Origin: Verrucomicrobiota bacterium
GTDB lineage: Bacteria > Verrucomicrobiota > Kiritimatiellia > RFP12 > UBA1067
Assembly (NCBI GenBank): GCA_023269675.1
Contig: JAHFSX010000003.1
Coordinates: forward strand, 255,018 to 319,017
Reading direction: 5' to 3'
Length of the DNA: 64,000 nucleotides
Shown: in pieces, positions 1 to 8,997 of the stretch
Layout of the letters: each line of letters begins with the position of its first letter
How positions within the stretch are numbered: the stretch's first letter is position 1
Made by a program: the position numbers and the translations under genes
The notes under the pieces: model-generated
The model's database searches: none
Seen by the model: only the letters and a program-made list of their open reading frames with translations
What the model was told of the DNA's origin: nothing

Positions 1-1
1 G

Positions 2-220
2 TGGCAGGAGTATGTGGCCGGCTCTGACCCTACGAACAGCGCATCGGTCTTCTTATCGTTGATCACCGTGACCAACGAGTTGCTGTGGGTGACATGGACA
101 CCGGACCTCGGCACGGCGCGTCTCTACACGGTCGCCGGCCGGACGAATTTGCTGGAAGGGGTTTGGGCCCCCACCAATGCGGGCAGCCGTTTCTTCAGGG
201 CCAAGGTCTGGATGCCTTAG
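2..220 (+). CDS. C-terminal fragment (72 codons) of a CDS that starts upstream of the window; unknown function
   Basis: Open frame from window edge (WQEYVAGSDPTNSASVFLSLITVTNELLW...RFFRAKVWMP) to TAG at 218-220; codon third positions GC-rich like neighbouring genes; no family recognised. Confidence 0.3.
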   Translation, partial: WQEYVAGSDPTNSASVFLSLITVTNELLWVTWTPDLGTARLYTVAGRTNLLEGVWAPTNAGSRFFRAKVWMP

Positions 221-224
221 CCGC

Positions 225-1292
225 TCACTCCGGCATCCAGTCGGCGCCTTCGAGCAGGGCCAAGACGGCGAGGGCAGGCCGGTACACATACACGGACTGG
301 GGGTTGAAGGACGCGACCTCTTGGACCATCTTCGCGCGCCAGGCCTGGGTCTCGCGGCCGCCCAGCCGCGAGGCGGCGATAAGCCACCACTCGGCTCCGG
401 GTGCGGCCGCAGGTCCGGTTTCCGGAGAGAATGCCCGGGTGACATTCATCCAGGCGGTTCTGTCCGGTGCGACGAAGGCCATACCGAAAAGCTGCGCCAA
501 CCCGTGCGGATAGGGTTTGTGCAAGCCGCCTTCGAAGGTCCCCTGCCGGTTCAGGGCATGCGCGAAGAGGGCGTCGGCGGGTAGCCAGAAGTCGCGCAGC
601 CGCCTGCCGATCCGCTCGGCCTGGTCGCCCGCCTGCTTGGCTTCCACAGGAGATCCGGCCGCAGCAAAGAATTCGGCTCCTGACCGGAGGCCTGCGCGGA
701 CCTCGATGTTGTCCATGAGATATTTGATTTTATAGTCCGGCTTGGCCCAGGTCAGTCCGTCCCGGTCGGTTACGGTCGCGAGGCACGCGAGCGCCCGCCG
801 GGCCGCCGCGGTGATGTCCGGCGTCGCTTGGCCTCCGGCGCGGTGGTAGCGTCCGGCGACCAGCAGAAACAGGGCGGCCGAGCTGTCCCAGGCGTCGACG
901 GTGCCGTTGTTCGCGTACACGGCGGCTGTGCCCTCGAAGTCGTTCCAATAGCCGTTGACGGATTGGTTTTTCGCACACCAGACGAGCCACCGGCGGACAC
1001 GGGCAAGCTCATCGGGGTTCTTCGTCCGGGCGTGGTCCGCCAGCAGGGCCAGCGCGGCGTAGCTTGCAAAGTAGGGCGCGATCCAGACGGCTGCGGCGGG
1101 CTTGTCGCCGGGTGCCGCTTGCGCGAACGCGCCGTCGGGCAGCTGGCACCCGCGGATGAGGGTCAGGCAGGTGGCTACCGTCTGCTCTTCCGCGCCGGTC
1201 AGCGGTCGCGGCGTGTCAGGCGAACGCGCCTGGCAGAAACCCGCCCACGCCGCAATGGCAACCGCCTCCAAAAGTTTTCGCGCAACACCCAT
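225..1292 (-). CDS. secreted prenyltransferase / squalene-cyclase-like (alpha-alpha toroid) repeat protein
   Basis: 355-aa ORF; hydrophobic N-terminus; QW-type motifs typical of terpene-cyclase/prenyltransferase repeats (RWLVWCAKNQSVNGYW, CQLPDGAF, DRDGLTW). Confidence 0.5.
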   Translation of the reverse strand: MGVARKLLEAVAIAAWAGFCQARSPDTPRPLTGAEEQTVATCLTLIRGCQLPDGAFAQAAPGDKPAAAVWIAPYFASYAALALLADHARTKNPDELARVRRWLVWCAKNQSVNGYWNDFEGTAAVYANNGTVDAWDSSAALFLLVAGRYHRAGGQATPDITAAARRALACLATVTDRDGLTWAKPDYKIKYLMDNIEVRAGLRSGAEFFAAAGSPVEAKQAGDQAERIGRRLRDFWLPADALFAHALNRQGTFEGGLHKPYPHGLAQLFGMAFVAPDRTAWMNVTRAFSPETGPAAAPGAEWWLIAASRLGGRETQAWRAKMVQEVASFNPQSVYVYRPALAVLALLEGADWMPE

Positions 1293-1335
1293 GGGCGACC
1301 TGACTCTCGTTTACTGCCCGGCGGCTCGGCAAAGC

Positions 1336-1373
1336 CTCGCCCTCCAGTACCGGGCTCACGCATGGAGGGCGAG
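1336..1373. repeat. REP-like hairpin, family 2 (CTCGCCCTCCA / TGGAGGGCGAG inverted repeat, 16-nt loop)
   Basis: Perfect 11-bp inverted repeat in the divergent intergenic region upstream of vsr; same arms recur at 26122-26203 and 34749-34830. Confidence 0.6.
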
Positions 1374-1482
1374 CGGCATCGCGAGCCTGACGGGCGGTGA
1401 GGTTAACCCGAACCGTCCGGAGAGTCAAGGGCGCCCGCATCCGGCATTGACAGCAGGGCTTGGGAAGGGCCATCATTCGGGC

Positions 1483-1995
1483 ATGGACCGAATGACGCCA
1501 GAGCAGCGGCACACCTGCATGTCGCACATCCGCGGCAAGGACACGGGGCCGGAATGGGCCGTGCGCCGGATGGTGCATGCCATGGGGTTCCGGTACCGGT
1601 TGCACGTGAAGACCCTGCCCGGCAAGCCCGATCTCGTGTTGCCGCGGCACCGCAAGATCATCTGCGTGCACGGCTGCTTCTGGCATGCGCACGGCTGCCG
1701 TGCGGCACGGCGTCCGCCCGCCACGCACACGCGCTTCTGGCGGGAGAAGTTTGCGAAGAACGTGCAGCGCGACCGGCAGACGCTGACGCAGCTGTGGCAG
1801 GCGGGTTGGCAGGTGCTGGTGGTGTGGGAGTGCGAGACGAAGGACCCTGACCTGCTCCGCGCGAAGCTCGCCGCGTTTCTCGCGCCCACGGGGCGCACGG
1901 CTAACTACGCCCTCGCCGACCAGCACGCGCTATACGGGCTGGCGGCGGAGGCTCCGGAAGAGTATGGGGACGGACCGCAGCACGCGCATCCGTAA
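1483..1995 (+). CDS. vsr: very short patch repair endonuclease (T/G mismatch-specific)
   Basis: Strong match to the Vsr family: MTPEQRHTCMSHIRGKDTGPEWAVRRMVHAMGFRYRLHVKTLPGKPDLVLPRHRKIICVHGCFWHAHGC...WREKFAKNVQRDRQTLTQLWQAGWQVLVVWECE. Track ORF starts at 1102 but the conserved family N-terminus begins at the ATG at 1483; stop TAA 1993-1995. Confidence 0.85.
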   Translation: MDRMTPEQRHTCMSHIRGKDTGPEWAVRRMVHAMGFRYRLHVKTLPGKPDLVLPRHRKIICVHGCFWHAHGCRAARRPPATHTRFWREKFAKNVQRDRQTLTQLWQAGWQVLVVWECETKDPDLLRAKLAAFLAPTGRTANYALADQHALYGLAAEAPEEYGDGPQHAHP

Positions 1996-2000
1996 GGCTG

Positions 2001-5000
2001 TTACTGCACCCGGAGCACGGTGCCGGAATTGTCGCGCAGGACCGTCAGGACGCCGGCACCGGAGAAGTGCGTGTCGTCCTTGTGGGCCGCGTCGCTGCCG
2101 CTCGAACCGTAGGTGCCGACGCGCTGCATCTTGGCGCCGTAGAAGAGCCGGCCGACCGCCTCGTTCACTCCCGTCGCGAGGCTGATCTTGGCCGTGCTTG
2201 TCCCGCTGTCCGGCATCCTGACCGAAGCGGAGTTGGCGATCGTGACCGAGTTCGAGAGCGTCAGGGTGCCCGTGCCGCCCACGACGATGTTGGTGCTGTT
2301 GGCGCCGAATGTGCCCGCGTTGCCCAAGACCAGGGTGCCGTTGGTGACGGTGAAGGCGCCGGTTGTCGAGGTGAACGCGTTGGTCAGCGTCAGCGTGCCC
2401 GCGCCGGCCTTGAGCAGGCTGACGGCCCCGCTGAGCTGGGCGTCGCAGAGCGTGTTCTCGCTCTGGTTGACCGTCAGCAAGGCCGGTGCCGAACTGGTGA
2501 TGACGCGCAGGCCCGCGTTGGTTATGCCCAAATACAACTTACCGACGGTCTGGTTGTTGCCGTTCAGATTCAGCGTGCAGCTGGGAGAATAACCGATGCC
2601 CGTCTGCAGGCTGGTCGCAGTCGGCAGCGCATTCGGCGCCTCACACCGGATCCCTCCGCCCGCGCACAGCGTGTCGCCCCACGTGTTGCCGGAGGACGCC
2701 AAGACCACGACCCCTCCCGAGTCGCCCCAGAAGGTCCGCGTGCCCAGGTTGATCGGCCTCCCGCTGAAGGTGACCGTGGAGCCGGAGTTAACCACGAAGA
2801 GCCCGTTGTTGTCGGCCGTAACGCCGCCGGTGATCACCAGCGGGCCGTTGTACGCCTGGATCCGGACCTGGTTGATACAGGTGATCGGGCCGCTGAGCAC
2901 GTTGCTGCCGCTGCCGACGATCAGCGTGCCGCTGTTGTTCTTCTCACCGTTCAGCACCAAGGGCTCCGTCAGCGTCAGGTCACCATAGAGCATGAGCCGC
3001 GCCCCGTTTCCGCCGTTGATCGTCGTGGCCCCATTGGTGCTGCCCAGCGCTTGGGAGTGATAGATGCTGAGGTCGCCCTCAGTGACGGTGAGCGTCCCGT
3101 CGAAGGCGTTGGCGGCCCTCAACGTCAGCGCGCCGGACTCGGTCTTGGTGATGTTGCAGGGCAGGAGCCCGTCATCGATGGCGCCGGTCACATTGAGCGC
3201 GGTGACGCCCGGCGTGTTGGTGGCCACGCGCCAGGTCTGGTGGTCAGTCAGAACCATGTCCTCAGCCAGAGTATAGGTCCGGGAGGTCGCGTTCGGCGCC
3301 GCGGCCACGATGCCGCCCGCGCCGTTGGAGATCACGCCCGCGCCCGCGGCCAGCGTGAACGCGCCGTCGCGGTTGAAGGTCACGCCGTAGAGGCTCGCCG
3401 CCACGTCGACCGTTGCCGTCATCCCGCCCGTCGCGAAGACCGCGCGCGTCGCACTGCCGAACGGCGGCAGCGCGTCGCCCGCCCAGTTCGCGGCCGTGCT
3501 CACCAGCGTGTCGGTCCCTTCCGCGTCCCACGTGACGTCCACAGGGGTGATCGGCGGGTTGCTGGAAACGTAGAGCATGCCCGCACCGCCGAAATGCGCA
3601 TCGTCGGAATGCTGCGCGCCGCTCGCCGCGGTGCCGTAGTAGCCGCGCGGCTGCTGCACGCCGTTCACGAAAAGCTTGTCCACGGTCTCGGTAATGCCTG
3701 CGGCAATCTGCACCATCGCGCCGTCCGCAAGGCTGAGCGTCGCGGCATCCGCGAGGGTCGCCGCCACTCTCAGGTCCAGCGTGCCGCCCGCCGCAGTGAT
3801 GTTGGTGCTGTTGCCGAGGCTGGCGCCGGCCGCGACAGCCAACGTGCCGTTACTGACCGTGATGCCGCCGGACGTCGCGCTCGGGTAGTTGCTCAGCGTC
3901 AGCGAGCCCGCGCCGGTCTTGACGAGGCTGAGGGCGCCGGCGAGGCGTCCGTTGAAAACGGTGTCGGCGCTCTGTGCGACGGTCAGGGTCGCGGCCGACG
4001 CGCTCGTCAGGACATTCGTGAGCCACGCCTGGGAGATCCGGCCGTCCAACTTGCTGGCCGTTTGGCTGCGCCCGTTCAGGTCGAACGTCGCGTGCGCGGC
4101 CGAATACCACCCCGTGGCGCACGAGAACGAAACGCCCACGAGCGGATCAAGCGAGCCGGCCGCGCCGAGCTTGAGCGTGCCGTTGACCAGCGTGATCTTT
4201 CCTGTGAAGGTGTTTGTGCCTCCCAGCGTCCAGGTGCCCGCGTCCGACTTGGTGACCGCGCTGGCGGCTCCCTCCGAGATGACGCCGCCGATGGTTCCGG
4301 ACCCGCCGCCGCGCAGATGCAAGGTATAGCTGTTCAGGTCGATGGGGCCGTTGAGCGTGACGGCGGCATAGCCGTTTGGCATTTCCGCAAAGATCGGCGA
4401 GTTCTTGAACAGGCTAAACGCGTTCGTATGGGTGGTGGTCCCGTAGAAGCTCAAGCCGCCGGGGCTCGCCCGGTTGGTGGCCAAGGCCCCGCCATACAGG
4501 TTCACAGGGCCGGTGCCCATTGCGTTGCTGGCGTAGACGTTGGCCTTGAACCAGTCGTTGTCCTGAGCCCGGATCGTCAGGCCGCCCGAGAAGGTGTTGG
4601 CGCTGCTGTTCAGCGAGAGTCCGCCGGAATTCTCCTGCTTGTCGATGGCGCCGCCGCCCGTGATCGCTCCAGCTAAGGAGACGCCGTAGGTGCCGATCTC
4701 CGCGTAGAGCGTGGTGCCCGCGGGGATCTCGATCGGGTTGTTGATCGTGCAGGAGGCGTTCCGGTTCAGAGCGATCCGGGGATGCGTCACGCCGTTGGTG
4801 ACGAACTGGAGCTGACCGCCACCCACGGTAAAGGCGGTTGTGTAGGCCGAGCCCCCGAGGAACTCCATCCGGTTGAGCATAAAGGGCGTCGCGATATCTT
4901 GTGTCGGCGTGAGGCGTGTGCCGCCGTTGAACTGCACCAGCGTGTCGCTGGCGCTGACCGGCGTGCTGCCGTCCGGATTCCAGTTCGCGCCGTCGCTCCA

Positions 5001-5105
5001 GTTGTTGGTCGTCCCGCCGCCGTCCCAGACGTTGGTCGCAGCGCAGGCCCCCGTCGCAACCAACCCCACCATCAAGCCCGTCAGCATCTTGTATCGCGTC
5101 GCCAT
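2001..5105 (-). CDS. giant secreted autotransporter-associated beta-strand repeat (PATR) protein, two tandem modules, type-A C-terminal tail
   Basis: 1034 aa from the ATG with a GAGGTG SD (track start 5120); signal peptide MATRYKMLTGLMVGLVATGACAA; WDGGG...NW motifs; repeated G.G.LTL.G.NT..G.T.V..GTL PATR units; tail ...HFSGAGVLTVLRDNSGTVLRVQ. Confidence 0.85.
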   Translation of the reverse strand: MATRYKMLTGLMVGLVATGACAATNVWDGGGTTNNWSDGANWNPDGSTPVSASDTLVQFNGGTRLTPTQDIATPFMLNRMEFLGGSAYTTAFTVGGGQLQFVTNGVTHPRIALNRNASCTINNPIEIPAGTTLYAEIGTYGVSLAGAITGGGAIDKQENSGGLSLNSSANTFSGGLTIRAQDNDWFKANVYASNAMGTGPVNLYGGALATNRASPGGLSFYGTTTHTNAFSLFKNSPIFAEMPNGYAAVTLNGPIDLNSYTLHLRGGGSGTIGGVISEGAASAVTKSDAGTWTLGGTNTFTGKITLVNGTLKLGAAGSLDPLVGVSFSCATGWYSAAHATFDLNGRSQTASKLDGRISQAWLTNVLTSASAATLTVAQSADTVFNGRLAGALSLVKTGAGSLTLSNYPSATSGGITVSNGTLAVAAGASLGNSTNITAAGGTLDLRVAATLADAATLSLADGAMVQIAAGITETVDKLFVNGVQQPRGYYGTAASGAQHSDDAHFGGAGMLYVSSNPPITPVDVTWDAEGTDTLVSTAANWAGDALPPFGSATRAVFATGGMTATVDVAASLYGVTFNRDGAFTLAAGAGVISNGAGGIVAAAPNATSRTYTLAEDMVLTDHQTWRVATNTPGVTALNVTGAIDDGLLPCNITKTESGALTLRAANAFDGTLTVTEGDLSIYHSQALGSTNGATTINGGNGARLMLYGDLTLTEPLVLNGEKNNSGTLIVGSGSNVLSGPITCINQVRIQAYNGPLVITGGVTADNNGLFVVNSGSTVTFSGRPINLGTRTFWGDSGGVVVLASSGNTWGDTLCAGGGIRCEAPNALPTATSLQTGIGYSPSCTLNLNGNNQTVGKLYLGITNAGLRVITSSAPALLTVNQSENTLCDAQLSGAVSLLKAGAGTLTLTNAFTSTTGAFTVTNGTLVLGNAGTFGANSTNIVVGGTGTLTLSNSVTIANSASVRMPDSGTSTAKISLATGVNEAVGRLFYGAKMQRVGTYGSSGSDAAHKDDTHFSGAGVLTVLRDNSGTVLRVQ

Positions 5106-5179
5106 GTTCACCTCGTTCACTGCGTTATTCCGTGGTACGGGCGGCCCGCCCGCGAAAAATCATGTCGGTTCTGTCAAGT

Positions 5180-5207
5180 GGCGTGAGGCACGTCAGCGCC
5201 TCACGCC
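5180..5207 (-). terminator. GC-rich hairpin (GGCGTGAGGC / GCCTCACGCC, 8-nt loop) after the stop of the 5226-8789 gene
   Basis: Perfect 10-bp stem seen directly; no clear U-tract, so could be a rho-dependent or structural element. Confidence 0.4.
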
Positions 5208-5225
5208 AGAACGTATTCTCATCCC

Positions 5226-8200
5226 TTACTGTATGTGCATCACGGTGCCGGACTTGCCGCGCAGCACGGTCAGGATGCCCGTGCCTGCGAAGTGCTCGGT
5301 GTCAATCACCTGCGCACCGCTGCCGCTTGACGCGCTGTAGGTGCCGGCGTGCTTCTCCTTGTCGCCGAAATAGAGGCGCTCCACGGTCTCGTTGACGCCG
5401 GCCGTCAGGCTGAGTTTTGCCGCCCCGCCGTCCGCGATCCGGACCGCGGCGGTGTCGGCGATGGCGACGGAGTTCGAAAGCGTCAGCGTGCCGGCGGCCA
5501 CAACGACGTTCGTGCTGTTGGGGCCGAAGGTGCCGGTCGCGCTCACCACCAGCGTGCCGTTGCTCACGATAAAGCTGCCGGAGGTGACGTTCGTGCCGGT
5601 CAGCGTCAGTGTGCCGTTGCCCGCCTTGACGAGGGAGACCGCGCCCGTGATGGCACCACCTTCCGCACCGAAGGAGTGGTTGGTCTCACTGCTCACGATC
5701 AGCGTGGCCGGAGCGGCGCTGAAGATCCGCTGCCATCCGCCGCCGCCCGCGAAATGATTCTCGACAAGGCCGGTGATCTGTTGCGAGAAGCCGTTGAGGT
5801 CAAAAGTGGCTTTGTTGTTGACGGAGCCATCTTTGCCGATCGTCAAGGTGGTGGTCGCCGGCAGGGCGCCCGAAACCCCCAATTTCAGCGTGCCTTCGGA
5901 GAGGGCGGTGCCGCCCCAGACATTGCTGGCGGTGTTGAGCAGAAGCGTGCCCGCATCATTGCGGAGCAAGGTGTTGCCGGTGCCGATGGTGATCCGGCTG
6001 TTCATGTCGATGTTCCCGACTCCACGGATGGAAAGGCTACACACGCCGGAATTGGTGACACTGTCTGCCTCGGAACTTCCGATGATTAAGGTGCCGCCGG
6101 CTTGATCGCAAGTGATATAGGCCGCACTGAGCGCTACAATGTTGCCGTCCCAAGTCGCTGTCCCGCTGCTCTGGTTGTAATTGAGACTGGCACGGCGGTC
6201 CCCGCTGCCGTTCAACGTGAGCGTCTCGTTGGTGATGGTGACGTTTTTGCCCAGATACAAGCGGCTCAAGGTGGTGCCATTGCCACCTAACACCGTGGTG
6301 CCGCCGGCCGTGGAGCCCAGCGCGCTGTTGTTATTGACCGTCACGTTGATGTTCGGTATCCCGCTGATCCCCACGGTGGTCTCCCCCCCATAGGTGTTGG
6401 TTCCGGCGAGCGTTGAGGTGCCGCGTAAGGTGAGCGTGACCGTCGGGCCGGCAATCACGCCGACCGCGCTCTGCGAGAGCGCGGCGTTCGTCGCCGCCAC
6501 CGTGATGCTGGAACCGTCCATCAAGCCGCCCAAAACGAGCGACCCCGTGTTGACCGTCGTCGCGCCCGTGTAGGTATTGGTGCCTTGAAGCGCGACCGTG
6601 CCCGAGCTTGTCAAGGTCACACCGGTTCCCGAGATGACGCCGGCCACGCCCTGCGTGAGGACCGCCCCGCTGGCGACGGTGACGCTGGAGTTGCTGAGCG
6701 AACCGTTCAGTGTCAGCACGCCGGCGTTGACCGCCGTCGGACCGCTGTAGCTGTTCGCGCCGGTCAGTGTGAGCACGGCGGTGCCGGACTTGGTCAGGCC
6801 GCCCGTGCCGGTGATTCCCTCGCCGCCGATGGTGTAGGCCTTGGTGCTGGTGTTGACCGTCACCGAGTAGGGCGCGACCGCGACGGGCGTGATGTTCACG
6901 GCAGGGGACGCCGAACCGGTGTCATCAAAGACGACGATGCTGCTGTCGGCATAGAGTATGGGTGTCCAGTTGGCGGTGGCCGTGTCCCACGCGTTGGCCG
7001 AGAGTCCTCCCTGCCAAATCAGAGGCGCTGCCGTCGTACCGCCGCCGGTGACGGTCAGTATCACGCTGGTGTCGCCCACCGTGAGGGTGGCGTTGGGATA
7101 GGGACGGTCGAGCGTCAGCGTGCCGCTGCCGCTCCGCGCGGCATAGGTCATCTGGGTGTAGGTGCCGGCCGGAGCCGTGCCCCCTGGGAAAGAAAGCGCG
7201 AGTGTGTTCGCCCCGTTCACGACCAGCGTGCCCGCGATGGCGACCGTGTCGCAGGAGCCGGCGACGGACGAGACTTCAGACGTGATCGTGTTGCCGTTGA
7301 GCGTCAGGGCGGAAGCGCCGCTGTTGGCCAGCATGAGCGTGCCGACGCCGTTGCTGCCGGGCGCGAGCTTGGCACCCGCCGTCAGGCTCACGACGCCGTT
7401 GACCGTGCCCGTGCCGCCGAGGGTGCCCGCCGCTGCTACAGTCACCGCGCTGGCCGCGGCGGTCGAGCCGTTGACCAGCAGGGTGCCCGTCGTCACGGTT
7501 GTCACACCGGTGTACGTGTTCGCCCCCGAGAGCGTCCAAATGCCGGTGCCGTTCATGGTCACCCGCATCGCGCCGTTGAGCACTCCTCTCAGAGCGCCGT
7601 TGCCGACCCCGGTCAATTGCAGCGTAGGAGTCAGGTTCGCAGCAAAGACGCTGACATTGCCGCTCAGCGTCAGCGTCTTTCCCGCCGTCGCGCACTCGAT
7701 GATGCCGCCGTTCGCGTTTCCCGCTTGAGAAACCACAGTCACCGCACGGTTGCAGGATGCGTCGTCCGCGCCGGTATAGCGGAACCGTCCGGTCGTGCCG
7801 TTGTCCTGACCGATCGAAATGGCGGTCCCTGCGCCGATCGGACAGGCAACCCCGGCATCAGCAAGCGTGTCCGCGCTGATCGTGCCGTCTTTGATGGTCA
7901 GGTTGCCCGTGAACGCGTTGGCGGGGTTGCTCAAGACCACCGTGCCGCTGTCCGTACGGGTTACCCCCCCGCTGCCGAGGTTGATCAGCCCGCTGAAGAT
8001 GAACGTCCCGCTGCCGCGGAATGTCGGCGTCCTGCCGGAACCGGTGATGCCGCCGGTTAGCGTCGCTGTGCCGCTCCCCGAGTGTTCGAATTGCATGTCT
8101 CCAAGAAAATTCAACACACGGTCAGAGGTCGTGGCGCCGCCGGTGTAGGTCATGCGCGCGTTGACGTCGATGATGCCGTTCTCCGCCGTGGAGGGTGCGC

Positions 8201-8789
8201 CGAGGGCGCTGGCGACGGCTCCCACGTTACTGATGGAGTTGTAGTAGACGCGTCCGCTGTTGAGCGAGGTCTTGCCCGAGTAAGTGTTGGCGCCGTTCAG
8301 CGTGAGCTCGCCGGAACCTGTCTTGGTGAAGCTCTGTGAACCGCCGGTCTCACCGATCACACCCGAGATCGCGAGGTTGTGGGCCGAATTCACGGTGACT
8401 GTGCGGGCAGCATTCAGCAGCAGGCTGAGCGCGAGGGTATCCGAAAGTGTGCCGGGCGAGGACGCCGTGGTCGTGAGAGTGCTGCCAAGCACCAGCCGAT
8501 TTCCGGCCAGCGTGAACGATGACAGGTTGTTGGTCTTGTTGTTGGCCAAACTGATTCCGGCAAAGACCGTATCAGCGGTATAATTGTTGGTAGTGACGGC
8601 CCGCGTGTTTCCGGAGAAAACCAGGGTCGCCGTGCCGTCGCTGGGGGGCGCGCCGTCGGGATTCCAGTTGGCGTCGGTCAGCCAGAAGCTGTCCGTGCCG
8701 CCGCCGTCCCAGGTGAAGGGGGCCGCGCTGACGGTCGCCGCCGTCATGGCGGCCAAAACCAGACTCGTTATCATGCATTTCATATTCAT
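5226..8789 (-). CDS. giant secreted PATR-repeat protein (1187 aa), type-A C-terminal tail
   Basis: GAGGAGA SD 5 nt upstream; signal peptide MNMKCMITSLVLAAMTAATVSA; WDGGGTDSFW..ANWNPDG; many PATR units; tail HFAGTGILTVLRGKSGTVMHIQ. Confidence 0.85.
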   Translation of the reverse strand: MNMKCMITSLVLAAMTAATVSAAPFTWDGGGTDSFWLTDANWNPDGAPPSDGTATLVFSGNTRAVTTNNYTADTVFAGISLANNKTNNLSSFTLAGNRLVLGSTLTTTASSPGTLSDTLALSLLLNAARTVTVNSAHNLAISGVIGETGGSQSFTKTGSGELTLNGANTYSGKTSLNSGRVYYNSISNVGAVASALGAPSTAENGIIDVNARMTYTGGATTSDRVLNFLGDMQFEHSGSGTATLTGGITGSGRTPTFRGSGTFIFSGLINLGSGGVTRTDSGTVVLSNPANAFTGNLTIKDGTISADTLADAGVACPIGAGTAISIGQDNGTTGRFRYTGADDASCNRAVTVVSQAGNANGGIIECATAGKTLTLSGNVSVFAANLTPTLQLTGVGNGALRGVLNGAMRVTMNGTGIWTLSGANTYTGVTTVTTGTLLVNGSTAAASAVTVAAAGTLGGTGTVNGVVSLTAGAKLAPGSNGVGTLMLANSGASALTLNGNTITSEVSSVAGSCDTVAIAGTLVVNGANTLALSFPGGTAPAGTYTQMTYAARSGSGTLTLDRPYPNATLTVGDTSVILTVTGGGTTAAPLIWQGGLSANAWDTATANWTPILYADSSIVVFDDTGSASPAVNITPVAVAPYSVTVNTSTKAYTIGGEGITGTGGLTKSGTAVLTLTGANSYSGPTAVNAGVLTLNGSLSNSSVTVASGAVLTQGVAGVISGTGVTLTSSGTVALQGTNTYTGATTVNTGSLVLGGLMDGSSITVAATNAALSQSAVGVIAGPTVTLTLRGTSTLAGTNTYGGETTVGISGIPNINVTVNNNSALGSTAGGTTVLGGNGTTLSRLYLGKNVTITNETLTLNGSGDRRASLNYNQSSGTATWDGNIVALSAAYITCDQAGGTLIIGSSEADSVTNSGVCSLSIRGVGNIDMNSRITIGTGNTLLRNDAGTLLLNTASNVWGGTALSEGTLKLGVSGALPATTTLTIGKDGSVNNKATFDLNGFSQQITGLVENHFAGGGGWQRIFSAAPATLIVSSETNHSFGAEGGAITGAVSLVKAGNGTLTLTGTNVTSGSFIVSNGTLVVSATGTFGPNSTNVVVAAGTLTLSNSVAIADTAAVRIADGGAAKLSLTAGVNETVERLYFGDKEKHAGTYSASSGSGAQVIDTEHFAGTGILTVLRGKSGTVMHIQ

Positions 8790-8875
8790 CTTGTCTCCTC
8801 TAGCTTATGGGATGTGGGGCCTCAGCGCCGCGTCCACGGGGTGGAGTGTCGTAACACCACAACGTATTACATTAT

Positions 8876-8938
8876 CCCGCAAAGGCGCAAAGACGCAAAG
8901 TCATTTTAAAACCCTTTGCGCCTTTGCGTCTTGGCGGG
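8876..8938 (-). terminator. long imperfect hairpin built from GCGCAAAG/CTTTGCGC units (about 25-bp stem, 13-nt AT-rich loop) after the stop of the 8998-12108 gene
   Basis: cccgcaaaggcgcaaagacgcaaag-tcattttaaaacc-ctttgcgcctttgcgtcttggcggg; 17/20 complementary plus outer CCCGC/GCGGG. Confidence 0.35.
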
Positions 8939-8997
8939 AAAACAATGAGTTTTTGTTACTGTTCTCTGGCCGTAAGGCACTGAAGGGCCGCAAACTT

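Noticed and set aside
1102-1482. N-terminal 127-codon extension of the vsr ORF
   Set aside because: The extension is Ala/Arg/Pro-rich with no similarity to the Vsr family and overlaps the divergent promoter region; the family-conserved N-terminus begins at the internal ATG at 1483.
2067-4676. 869-aa plus-strand ORF (and similar long ORFs 6585-8060, 12748-13710, 14608-16473, 18315-19940) antisense to the giant PATR genes
   Set aside because: Arg/Ala/Gly/Pro-rich low-complexity translations typical of the antisense frame of high-GC coding DNA; no start signals; the opposite-strand genes have clear family identity.
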